Below, piece by piece: positions 17,871 through 26,655 of a stretch of DNA of 64,000 nt; position 1 is the first letter of the stretch; the number at the start of each line of letters is the position of its first letter. A program made the translations under genes and the position numbers. This DNA comes from an uncultured bacterium (GTDB lineage: Bacteria > Methylomirabilota > Methylomirabilia > Rokubacteriales > DASRDR01): contig CAYQDR010000001.1 of the NCBI GenBank assembly GCA_964416315.1, positions 24,639 through 88,638 on the forward strand. Direction: 5' to 3'. The notes beneath the pieces were generated by a model. That model was not told the DNA's origin, searched no databases, and was given only the letters and a program-made list of their open reading frames with translations.

Positions 17871-19478
17871 TTACTCCTTCCACCAGTCTGCGGCGTTCCA
17901 GAGACTCCCCGCCGGGCTCGGCGCGTAGCCCCGAAGCCGCCGGCTCGCCGCGTTGAGCAGCACTCGCGGCGCGAGCGGCAGCGTCGGCACGTCCTCGGCG
18001 ACCTGGGCCTGGAACGCCCGCGCGAGCTCGAGCCGCTTCGCGCGGGCGGGCGTCGCGAGCGCTTGGCGGAGCAGCTCGAGGGCCGGTTCGTTCCGGTACC
18101 GCTGCCAGTTCGCGCCGAGCCAGAGGTTGAAGACCGGCTCGGGCTCCTCGCCGAACCAGCCGTAGGCGACCTGGAACTCGCCCTTGCCCATGGTCGGCGG
18201 GAACGCGGGCGCGTCGATCGTCCGGATCTTCGCGTCGATGCCGAACTGCCGCCACCCGGCCTGCACGACCTGGACGACCTGGAGCCGCTCGGCCTCGCCG
18301 GCGATGTTGAGGATCTCCAGCGCGAGCGGCCGCCCCTCCTTCTGCCGGATGCCGCCCGGCCCGGCCTTCCAGCCCGCCTCGTCGAGGAGCTGGCCCGCGC
18401 GCGCCGGGTCGTGCGCGTAGACGCGGACCTGCGGGTTGTGGGCCCAGTGGGCCGGCGGGAGCGCCGCGTGGAGCGGCGGGACGAGCCCCGCCATCACGGT
18501 GCTCGCGATCCCCGCCCGGTCGAGCCCGTGGGCGAGGGCCTGGCGCACCAGGCGGTCGCGGAGGATCGGGTCCTCGTTGTTGAGCCAGAAGTGCCACCAT
18601 GCGTAGGACGGGGCCGCGACGACCTGATAGTCGGCGAGGCCGCGGACGAACGCGACGTCCGCCGTGGGGACGTGGAGCTGGAGGTCGGCCTCCCCGCGCT
18701 GGAGCGCGGCCCGCTGCCCGGCGGTGCCGGGGATGATCCGGACGAGGATCTCGTCGAGGTATGGCCGGCCGGGCTCCCAGTAGTCGGGGTTGCGGACGAG
18801 GTGGACGTGACTGCCCGAGGCCCATTCCTTGACGAGGAACGGCCCTGTCCCGAGCGGCTTCCGGTTGAGCTCCGAGGCGACGAGGTCCTTCCCTTCGAGG
18901 AGGTGCCGCGGCAGGACGTACCCCCGGTCGCCCGCGACGGTGCCGAGGAAGGCGAGGTTCGGCTTGGCGAATTGGAAGCGCACGGTGTGAGGATCCGGGA
19001 TCTCCACGCGGCTCACGTCCTGCCAGACGATGCGGCTCGGGATCGGGAGCTTCGGGTCCGTGATGACCTTCCAGGTGAACTCGACGTCGGCGGCAATGAA
19101 GGGCGTCCCGTCCTGCCACTTGACGCCGCGGCGGAGCTTGAACGTGTACGTCCGCCCGTCGGTCGAGACCCCGCCGTTCTCCACCGTCGGGACCTCCGCA
19201 GCGAGCCGCGCCACGTACTGCCCCCTGTCGTCGAGGGTGAGGAGCCCGTCGAAGACGAGGCGCTGGACCTCGCGGGAGAGCGTCAGGAGGTCGAAGTGCG
19301 GCAGGAGCGTCCGGGGCTCCTGGGGCGAGACGATGACGGCACGCCCGCCCTTCTTCGGTGCCTGGGCCTCGGCCGGCCCGATGCCGGGCAGCGCGGCCGC
19401 GAGGATGAGTCCTGCGCCGACGAGGGCTTGCCACCAGGCCCGGTGCTTCCACTCTCCGTTTGGACGATCCACCCTCAT
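17871..19478 (-). CDS. Peptide ABC solute-binding protein (family 5)
   Basis: TYTFKLRRGVKWQDGTPF, PLGTGPF and VRQALAHGLDR motifs. Confidence 0.9.
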   Translation of the reverse strand: MRVDRPNGEWKHRAWWQALVGAGLILAAALPGIGPAEAQAPKKGGRAVIVSPQEPRTLLPHFDLLTLSREVQRLVFDGLLTLDDRGQYVARLAAEVPTVENGGVSTDGRTYTFKLRRGVKWQDGTPFIAADVEFTWKVITDPKLPIPSRIVWQDVSRVEIPDPHTVRFQFAKPNLAFLGTVAGDRGYVLPRHLLEGKDLVASELNRKPLGTGPFLVKEWASGSHVHLVRNPDYWEPGRPYLDEILVRIIPGTAGQRAALQRGEADLQLHVPTADVAFVRGLADYQVVAAPSYAWWHFWLNNEDPILRDRLVRQALAHGLDRAGIASTVMAGLVPPLHAALPPAHWAHNPQVRVYAHDPARAGQLLDEAGWKAGPGGIRQKEGRPLALEILNIAGEAERLQVVQVVQAGWRQFGIDAKIRTIDAPAFPPTMGKGEFQVAYGWFGEEPEPVFNLWLGANWQRYRNEPALELLRQALATPARAKRLELARAFQAQVAEDVPTLPLAPRVLLNAASRRLRGYAPSPAGSLWNAADWWKE

Positions 19479-19594
19479 GGTTCTCTCCTCCCGTCGCTGG
19501 CGCTCGCCTCTGCCAGCGTCGGGTACAGATGGTACACTACCGGGCCCCGCGGGGTTGGCCGCTCATGGCGCGCCGTGGTAGGTTGCCATTGCTC

Positions 19595-20173
19595 ATGGCT
19601 GGCTCAGCCGAGCGATCGAGGCGGGGCGAGACGGTCGAGAACGTCGCCCTGGACCTGCTTGCCGTCGTTGCGGGCCTGGAGGCCGGGTTCCTCATTGACG
19701 CCATCCTTGGCCAGGCGGGGCGTGTCGGGCTGCTGCCGCTCCTGACTATCTTTGCGGCGTTCACCGGCGTCGGCTGGTGGCGGTCCTGGCAAGCGTGCTT
19801 CCTCGCGGTGTTGTTCGGCGCGAGCTTCGTGTGGGTTATCCGTCCGGCCCAGCCAGCGGGCTTCCTCCCGCCCCTGGTGCTGGCGGCGTCCGGCCTCGTG
19901 GGGGCGCTCGTCGGGGCCGGGCTCGGGGCGCTCGCGCGCCGCTTGGGACGGAGAGAGGATCCGGCGGCGCTCGCCGCGCGGCGCCGGCGGGAAGCGTTCG
20001 CGGTGATGGCGGTCGGCGTGGCCCTCGCACTCGTGCCGTTCGCGGTCGGCGTCGTCCTCAAGGCTACGGGCGACCCGGCCGTGATGGTAGCTGTCGGCTT
20101 CCTGGTGAGCGCCACCTGGCCAGTGGCGGCGCTGTTGTTCGTCCTCGGCTTCGCGATGCTCGGCCGGCGCTAA
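19595..20173 (+). CDS. Hypothetical multi-pass membrane protein
   Basis: Several hydrophobic segments; start uncertain; TGgTACACT upstream near 19530. Confidence 0.6.
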   Translation: MAGSAERSRRGETVENVALDLLAVVAGLEAGFLIDAILGQAGRVGLLPLLTIFAAFTGVGWWRSWQACFLAVLFGASFVWVIRPAQPAGFLPPLVLAASGLVGALVGAGLGALARRLGRREDPAALAARRRREAFAVMAVGVALALVPFAVGVVLKATGDPAVMVAVGFLVSATWPVAALLFVLGFAMLGRR

Positions 20174-20218
20174 CGTCGCACCGGGCTCCGTCGGACGCGT
20201 AACGTCGCCCCCACGGTC

Positions 20219-20234
20219 TGCTAGAATCCCGCGC
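20219..20234 (+). promoter_or_regulatory. Extended -10 promoter (TGcTAGAAT), probably leaderless
   Basis: TAGAAT 20222-20227, GTG start at 20235, no SD. Confidence 0.55.
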
Positions 20235-21029
20235 GTGGACGCGACCGGGCGGCTGCGAGACCGCGTCGCGGTGATCACCGGCGCCGGCGGCGGGATCGGC
20301 CGGGCGATGGCGCTCGCGTTCGCGGCCGAGGGCGCGCGGCTCGTGCTCGGCGACCTCGGGGACTCGGTGGAGGCGACGGCGGAGGCCGTGCGGCAGGCGG
20401 GCGCCCGCGCGGCGGCCGTCCGGGGCGACGTCGGGCGCACGGCCGACATGGTCGCGCTCGCGGAGCGCGCGGTCGGGGAGTTCGGCGCGCTGGACATCCT
20501 CGTCACGTGCGCGGGTCTGGGCGACTCGGGGCTCCTCGTCGAGCAGGAGGAAGCGGCCTGGACGCGCGTCGTGGACGTGAACCTCCTCGGAACCTACCGC
20601 GCGATCCGGGCCGCGCTCCCCGCGATGATGCGCCGGCGGAGCGGCCGCATCATCACGATCGCGTCCGCCTTCGGGAAGACGGGCGGCTCCGGCTTCATCA
20701 CTGCGTACGCCGCGTCCAAGCACGGCGTGATCGGGTTGACGCGGGCGCTCGCGGCAGAGCTCGGCTCCCACGGCTACCCGGAGATCACGGTGAACGCGAT
20801 CTGCCCGGGCTACGTCCGGGCTGGCATGGGAGTGAAGCTCCAGGCGACCAAGGCGGGGCCGATGCCCGGCGAGGAGATCTTCGAACGTTATTACAAGCGC
20901 CTGGTCCCGCTGCGGCGGATGATCGAGGCGGAGGAGATCGCCCGTGTCGCCGTGTTCCTCGCGCTCCCGGAGAGCGCGGCGATCACCGGCCAGGCGCTGA
21001 ACGTGGACGGCGGCTTCGTCATGTCGTGA
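20235..21029 (+). CDS. Short-chain dehydrogenase/reductase (SDR)
   Basis: TGAGGGIG, YAASK, NAICPG and ITGQALNVDGG motifs. Confidence 0.9.
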   Translation: MDATGRLRDRVAVITGAGGGIGRAMALAFAAEGARLVLGDLGDSVEATAEAVRQAGARAAAVRGDVGRTADMVALAERAVGEFGALDILVTCAGLGDSGLLVEQEEAAWTRVVDVNLLGTYRAIRAALPAMMRRRSGRIITIASAFGKTGGSGFITAYAASKHGVIGLTRALAAELGSHGYPEITVNAICPGYVRAGMGVKLQATKAGPMPGEEIFERYYKRLVPLRRMIEAEEIARVAVFLALPESAAITGQALNVDGGFVMS

Positions 21030-21039
21030 GGGGGAGGGC

Positions 21040-22032
21040 ATGGAATACCGGACGCTCGGACGAACGGGGCTCCGCGTCTCGGCGCTGGGATTCGGCTGCG
21101 GAAACGTCGGCGGGCTCCTGATCCGCGGGACGCCGCGGGAGCGGGAGCGCGCCGTGGCGCGGGCGATCGAGCTGGGGATCAACTACTTCGACACCGCGCC
21201 GTCGTATGGGGACGGGGTGTCGGAACGCCATCTGGGAGAGGCCCTGCGCGCGCTGAAGGCCCAGGTCCACGTCGGGACGAAGTTCCGCGTGGAGCCGGCC
21301 GACATCAAGGACGCCCGCCGCGCGATCGCCCGGTCGCTCGAGGCGAGCCTCGGGCGACTCGGGATGGAGCGGGTGGACCTCCTCCAGCTCCACAACCCGA
21401 TCGGTGCCGGCCGGGACGGCGAGCCCGTCGCCGCGGCGGAGGTCCTCGACGCGGTCGTGCCGGCGCTCGAGGCGCTCCGGCGGGGAGGGAAGATCCGCTT
21501 CTTCGGGATCACGGCCCGGGGCGACACGCGGGCGCTCCACGAGGTGGTCGGGGCCGGGGCGCTCGACACGGCGCAGGTCTTCTACAACCTGCTCAACCCG
21601 AGCGCCGGCGCCGCTGTGCCGGCCGGCTTCCCGGCCCAGGACTTCGGCCGCCTCCTCGACCGCGCCCGGGCGCACCTGGTCGGCGTCATCGTCGTCCGCG
21701 TGCTGGCGGCCGGCGCGCTCTCCGGGGAGACGGCGCGGCACCCGGTCGCCGTCCCGGCGGTGGAGCCGATCGCCTCGGGCCCGGACTACGGGGCGGACGT
21801 CGAGCGCGCGCGGCTCCTGCGCGCGCTCGTCACGGAGGGGCACGCCGGGAGCCTCGTCGAGGCCGCGTTTCGCTTCCCCCTCGCGAGCGACACGGTCTCG
21901 ACCGTGCTCGTGGGCGCTTCGAGCCTCGAGCAGCTCGAGCAGGCGGCCTCCGCGGTCGCGAGGGGGCCGCTCCCCGCCGCCGCCCTCACGCGCCTCCAGG
22001 AGCTCTGGGCGCGCTTCGCCCCCTCACCCTGA
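21040..22032 (+). CDS. Aldo/keto reductase
   Basis: YRTLGRTGLRVSALGFG, NYFDTAPSYG and VDLLQLH motifs. Confidence 0.9.
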   Translation: MEYRTLGRTGLRVSALGFGCGNVGGLLIRGTPRERERAVARAIELGINYFDTAPSYGDGVSERHLGEALRALKAQVHVGTKFRVEPADIKDARRAIARSLEASLGRLGMERVDLLQLHNPIGAGRDGEPVAAAEVLDAVVPALEALRRGGKIRFFGITARGDTRALHEVVGAGALDTAQVFYNLLNPSAGAAVPAGFPAQDFGRLLDRARAHLVGVIVVRVLAAGALSGETARHPVAVPAVEPIASGPDYGADVERARLLRALVTEGHAGSLVEAAFRFPLASDTVSTVLVGASSLEQLEQAASAVARGPLPAAALTRLQELWARFAPSP

Positions 22033-22057
22033 CCCGCTCCCCCGGTGGGGGAGAGGG
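22020..22057 (+). repeat. BoxC/REP-like palindrome (family A) containing the AKR stop codon
   Basis: CCCCTCACCCTGACCCGCTCCCCCGGTGGGGGAGAGGG. Confidence 0.8.
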
Positions 22058-22125
22058 CTGAGCGGGGCCTGATAGGTGGCTCTTGGACTGGCCGGGCGCA
22101 ACGCGACGCTCAATCACGCGCCCAC

Positions 22126-22207
22126 GGTGGTCCGCTCCGAGCGGCGGCTTTGCCGCCGCAACCTATCCTGGGGGAGGTCTCGGAGGGGGCCGTAGAGGCC
22201 CCCTCCG
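22126..22207 (+). repeat. Two-hairpin repeat family C, copy 1
   Basis: GCGGCGGC-TTT-GCCGCCGC then GGGGAGGT then CGGAGGGGGCC-GTAGA-GGCCCCCTCCG. Confidence 0.8.
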
Positions 22208-22213
22208 AATGGG

Positions 22214-23761
22214 CTACGCCCGCCGCATCCGGAAGTTGAAGCGCCGGACCTCGAACTGCTGGTTCGGGTTCGGGGTGAACTCGACGTGCTTCTGGAAGCC
22301 GTAGTCCTCGTAGGGCTGGATCACGACGATCCAGGGGTTGTGCTCGAGGAAGATCCGCGTCATCTTCCGGTAGGCCTCGCCGCGGAACCTCTCGTCGAGG
22401 CTGAAGCGAGCCGCGGTCCCCAGCTCGTCGAACTCCGGGTGCCGCCAGTAGTCCTGGATGCCGCCCGGCGAGAGCAGCCGCCACATCATCCCGTCCGGGT
22501 CGCGCAGCGTGGAGGTGGGGTCGGACCACCAGGTGCCCTTGAACGTCCGCTCCCGGTTCTTCTGGGCCCGGACCGAGACCTCGATGACCTCGACCACCGC
22601 GTTGAGGCCGATGTCCTTCCACATGGCGGCGATGGCCTCCGACATCGGCTTGTCGCTGGCCATGTACCCGGCGGTGGTCTCGATGTAGATGGGCTCGTTC
22701 TTGTATCCCGACTTCCGGAGCCGCTCCCTAGCCTCCTTCGGGTCGTACCGGAGCGGGGGCAGCGACTCGTCGTAGTGGTTGTCGCCCTTGGCGATCGGAC
22801 CGCTCGGGACGATCCCGCGGCCGCGCCAGAGGTCCTTCACGATCGCCTCGCGGTCCACCGCGAGCGACATCGCTTGCTTCACCAGCGGGTTGTTGAAGGG
22901 CGCGACCTTGGAGTTGACGCCCAACACGTAGAGCCCGGCGTAGAGGGCCCCCTTCGCGGAGGTCGTCGGGTGCTGGTTCACCCGGTCGTAGTGGTCGGCA
23001 GTCAGCGCGACCATGGCGTCGATCTCGCCCTTGAGGAGCGCCGCCACCCGCGCGGCGATCTCCGGGATCGAGCGGAAGACGACCCGGTCCACGTCGATCT
23101 TGCCCCCCCAGTAGTCGGAGTTCGCCTCGAGCACGGCCTTGTCGTCCTTGATCCACGAGGCGAGACGGACCGGCCCCGTGCCCACCGGCTTGGCGTTGAA
23201 CTGGTCGGGGCCGACCTGCTCCAGGTACTTCTTGGGGATCATCTGACCGCCGTAGAACGCGAGCCGCGCGGGCAGCAGCGGGTCGGGCTGCTTGGTGTGG
23301 ATCACCACGGTCTGGGGGTCCGGGGCCTCGATGCGGCCGATCGTGGTGAAGACGGTGGCCACCAGCGTCTTCGCCGCCGGGTCGTACGTCCGCTCCAGGC
23401 TGAACTTCACGTCCGCCGAGGTGAACGGATCGCCGTTGTGGAACCGGACCCCGGAGCGGAGCTTGAACTGCCACGCGGTCGGGGCGGTCGCTTTCCACTC
23501 CGTGGCCAGACCCGGGTAGAGCTTGTCGTCCGGATGCCGGCTCACGAGGTTGTCGTAGATGTTGAAGGACACGCGGATGTCGTTGGCTGCCGTCGAGTAG
23601 TGGGGGTCGAACTTCGATATGTCGCCCCCCTGGGCGACGACCAGCTCGCGCTTCTGCGTCGTCTGGGCCGAGGCCGGCCGGGCATCCGGCAGGACGGTCG
23701 CGGCCGCCGCGCCAGCGGCGAGAGTGCGGAGAAACTCACGGCGGGTCTCGGATCGCTCCAT
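22214..23761 (-). CDS. ABC solute-binding protein family 5 with Tat-type signal
   Basis: RREFLR motif; WQFKLRSGVRFHNG and PVGTGP motifs. Confidence 0.9.
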   Translation of the reverse strand: MERSETRREFLRTLAAGAAAATVLPDARPASAQTTQKRELVVAQGGDISKFDPHYSTAANDIRVSFNIYDNLVSRHPDDKLYPGLATEWKATAPTAWQFKLRSGVRFHNGDPFTSADVKFSLERTYDPAAKTLVATVFTTIGRIEAPDPQTVVIHTKQPDPLLPARLAFYGGQMIPKKYLEQVGPDQFNAKPVGTGPVRLASWIKDDKAVLEANSDYWGGKIDVDRVVFRSIPEIAARVAALLKGEIDAMVALTADHYDRVNQHPTTSAKGALYAGLYVLGVNSKVAPFNNPLVKQAMSLAVDREAIVKDLWRGRGIVPSGPIAKGDNHYDESLPPLRYDPKEARERLRKSGYKNEPIYIETTAGYMASDKPMSEAIAAMWKDIGLNAVVEVIEVSVRAQKNRERTFKGTWWSDPTSTLRDPDGMMWRLLSPGGIQDYWRHPEFDELGTAARFSLDERFRGEAYRKMTRIFLEHNPWIVVIQPYEDYGFQKHVEFTPNPNQQFEVRRFNFRMRRA

Positions 23762-23828
23762 GGCAGCCCTCCAGGTCGGGAGTGTGGGGGAGGTGGTGCG
23801 CTAACCGTAGGCCGTGACGGGCCCCCTG

Positions 23829-24944
23829 TCAAGATCGCCCGCGGGCGAGCTCCTCGCGCAGCCGGCGCGCGACGATCGTCGCCTCGTCACCGCGGAGGCA
23901 GTGCGGGTCCAGGAGGAGGTCGCCCCGGAAGACGCGGGCCATGACCGGGGGCTCGCCCGCGCGGAGGGCGTCCCTGAGCGCGGTCGCGGTCCAGCCGGTC
24001 ATCCGCTCCTCCAGGCTCACGAGCACCGTCGGGGCCGTCCAGACGGCGCGGTCCTCCTCGATCCAGACGCGGATCCCGGGGAGCCCGGTGACGGCCTCCG
24101 CGATCTGCCGGGCCTCGCCGAGGTGGCGCTCCCACTCGGCGTCGTGGTCCTCATCGAGAAACAGCTCCAGCGCCCGGACGAGCCCGACGATTTCCTCCTT
24201 GCCGACCTTGCACGGCCGGCCGATCGCCGAGTTGGGCGCCCCGTTGGCGGCGGCGGCGCGCACGAGATCCGCGCGGCCGAAGACGAAGCCGGTGTTCTGC
24301 GGGCCGCGGATCCCCTTGCCGCCGCTCACGACGACGAGGTCCGCTCCCAGGTCGATCCACCGCGTGAGGTGACGCACGGGGGGCAGCGTGGAGGCGGCGT
24401 CCACGATCAGGGGCAGGCCGTGGGCGTGGGCGATCGCCGCCATCTGCTCCGCGGGCGCGCCCTGCTCGCCCAGGCGCGGCGAGACGATGAAGACGAGGGC
24501 GGCCGTCCGATCGCCGATCGCGGCCTCGATCTCCGCGGGGGCGCACCGCTCGGCGTCCCCGACCTCGACGAGCCGCGCCCCCGCCGTGCGGAGGGCCTGG
24601 TCGTAGTGGATCCGGTTGCACCGCTGGATGACGATCTCGTTCCGCATCCCGGTCGTGTCGGGGAGCCGCCGGATCCGCTCGGGGTCGTCTCCGGCGATGC
24701 ACGCCGCCGCGGCCAGGAGGAGCCCGCCGGCCGAGCCCGACGTGACGTGCGCCGCCTCGACGCCGATGAGCCGGGCGATGCGCTCTCCGGCCCGGGCGTG
24801 GAGCTCGAGCATGTCCACGAAGGCCGTGGCCGCCTCGGTCATCGCCTCCAGGACGGGCTTCGGCATGATGGAGCCGCCCGCCAGCGTGTTCATGCCGCAC
24901 GCGTTGATGACCGGCCGGACCCCGAGCCGCGCGTAGGCCTCCAT
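23829..24944 (-). CDS. SelA-like PLP-dependent enzyme (DgaE-type ammonia-lyase family)
   Basis: RPVINACGMNTLAGGS, VDAAS and SGGKGIRGPQ motifs; 371 aa. Confidence 0.8.
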   Translation of the reverse strand: MEAYARLGVRPVINACGMNTLAGGSIMPKPVLEAMTEAATAFVDMLELHARAGERIARLIGVEAAHVTSGSAGGLLLAAAACIAGDDPERIRRLPDTTGMRNEIVIQRCNRIHYDQALRTAGARLVEVGDAERCAPAEIEAAIGDRTAALVFIVSPRLGEQGAPAEQMAAIAHAHGLPLIVDAASTLPPVRHLTRWIDLGADLVVVSGGKGIRGPQNTGFVFGRADLVRAAAANGAPNSAIGRPCKVGKEEIVGLVRALELFLDEDHDAEWERHLGEARQIAEAVTGLPGIRVWIEEDRAVWTAPTVLVSLEERMTGWTATALRDALRAGEPPVMARVFRGDLLLDPHCLRGDEATIVARRLREELARGRS

Positions 24945-25020
24945 GGCGCCTCCTGTCCGGCAGCCTGTCGGAGTAACAGGCTGAATGCTCTCGCGCTCCT
25001 GACAGGTCGCCCACCACTGC

Positions 25021-25100
25021 CGGTTCCACTTCGAGCGCGGGCTTTGCCCGCGCAAGTTCCTTGGGGGGGAGGTCCGGAAGGGGGGCGTAGCCCCCCTCCG
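25021..25100 (+). repeat. Two-hairpin repeat family C, copy 2
   Basis: GCGCGGGC-TTT-GCCCGCGC then GGGGAGGT then CGGAAGGGGGGC-GTA-GCCCCCCTCCG. Confidence 0.8.
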
Positions 25101-25238
25101 GGTTCCCTAGACTGTAGCACGGCGCGCGAATCCGTCTTGTGGCCGCTGGCCTTGGCCCCCATAATTGGAGTGGTTGCGAGGGCACGCTCGGCAACGCGGA
25201 GCATCCCGGCGGAGACCCGCCGCGGAGGAGGGCGCGAG

Positions 25239-26591
25239 ATGCATCGCAGGACCGTGGTCGCGCTGGTGGCCGGACTCGTCACGGCATCCGGTCTCGTCGC
25301 CGCCCTCCCCGGCACGCCGGAGGCGGCGCCTACCAAGGAGCTGGTCGTCGTCACGTCCTTTCCCAAGGAGCTGTTCGAGGGGTACAAGAAAGCCTTCGAG
25401 GCCAGGCACCCCGGCGTCCGGGTCGTCATCAAGCAGCACCAGACCAACGCCGCGATCACCTACGTCCGGGAGACGCGGAACCGGCCCGACAGCGACATCT
25501 TCTGGGCGTCCTCGGTGGCCGCCTTCCAGACCCTGAAGACCGACGGGCTCCTGGACCGCTTCGCGCTCCCGCCCGCGATCGCGGGCCGCATCCCCGCGAA
25601 GATCGGGAACTTCCCGATCCACGACCCCGACGGCGACTTCTTCGGGTTCGCCGTGTCGGGGTACGGGCTCATGTGGAACACGCGGTACCTGGCCGCGCAC
25701 AAGCTCGTCCCGCCCCGGGAGTGGACGGACCTGGCGCGGCCCGAGTACCACGGCCACCTCGTCATCAGCGCGCCGAGCCGGAGCGGGACGACGCACCTCA
25801 CGGTGGAGGTGATCCTCCAGGCGTACGGGTGGGGAAAGGGCTGGGAGCTGCTCCTGGCCTCGGGTGGGAACATGGGGACGGTCACCGAGCGCTCCTTCGG
25901 GGTGCCGGAGGCGGTCATCTCGGGGCAGTACGGCATCGGCGTGGTCATCGACTTCTTCGGCCTGTCGGCTATCGCCTCGGGGCATCCCATCGACTTCGCC
26001 TACCCGTCGCAGACCTCCGTCGTCCCTGCCGGCGTCGCCATCGTCAAGGGGGCGCCCAACCTCGACAACGCGCGCGCGTTCGTGGAGTACCTCCTGTCCG
26101 ACGACGGGCAGATGCTCCTGTTCTCGCCGGAGATCGGGCGGCTGCCGGTGGTGCCGGACCTCTACGCGAAGGGCCCCAAGGCGTACCCGAACCCGTTCGC
26201 CATGAAGCTGGGCGGCGTCACCTTCGACTCGAAGCTCTCGTCGGCCCGGCGGAACGTGGTCAACGCGCTGTTCGACCAGATCATCACGTTCCGGCACGCC
26301 GAGCTGAAGGCGGCATGGGGCGCCATCCACGCCGGGGAGGCGGCCCTCGCGAAGGCGAAGGCGGCCGGCAAGGCGGGCGGGCCGGCCGAGGAGCGACTGC
26401 GCGAGGCACGGGCGCTCGCTGGCCGGGTGCCGATCGACGCGAAGCGGGCAGGGGACAAGGACGTCAGCGCGGCGTTCAAGGACAAGCCGGACCTGAAGGC
26501 GAAGCTGGAGACGGAGTGGGACGTCGCGGCAAAGACGAACTACTCGAGGGCGCGCGAGCTGGCCGAGCAGGCGCTGGCGCTGCTGAAGTAG
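25239..26591 (+). CDS. ABC solute-binding protein (Fe3+/AfuA-like class)
   Basis: Signal peptide; LVVVTSFP, PSRSGTTH and YGIGVVIDFF motifs; GGAGGAGG RBS. Confidence 0.85.
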   Translation: MHRRTVVALVAGLVTASGLVAALPGTPEAAPTKELVVVTSFPKELFEGYKKAFEARHPGVRVVIKQHQTNAAITYVRETRNRPDSDIFWASSVAAFQTLKTDGLLDRFALPPAIAGRIPAKIGNFPIHDPDGDFFGFAVSGYGLMWNTRYLAAHKLVPPREWTDLARPEYHGHLVISAPSRSGTTHLTVEVILQAYGWGKGWELLLASGGNMGTVTERSFGVPEAVISGQYGIGVVIDFFGLSAIASGHPIDFAYPSQTSVVPAGVAIVKGAPNLDNARAFVEYLLSDDGQMLLFSPEIGRLPVVPDLYAKGPKAYPNPFAMKLGGVTFDSKLSSARRNVVNALFDQIITFRHAELKAAWGAIHAGEAALAKAKAAGKAGGPAEERLREARALAGRVPIDAKRAGDKDVSAAFKDKPDLKAKLETEWDVAAKTNYSRARELAEQALALLK

Positions 26592-26655
26592 CCCCACGCC
26601 GTCCGACGCGTCCGATCCGTCGCCCGGCGCTCGCGGGGTCCCCACGCCGCGCCGC

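Noticed and set aside
23829-24944. SelA-like gene as evidence for selenocysteine machinery
   Set aside because: Length and motifs fit the DgaE/SelA-like ammonia-lyase group, not Sec synthase, and no selB/selC is adjacent; it neither supports nor refutes the selenoprotein call
24961-24983. CAGCCTGT/ACAGGCTG hairpin as fused IS ends
   Set aside because: Single copy, no transposase, no target duplication visible
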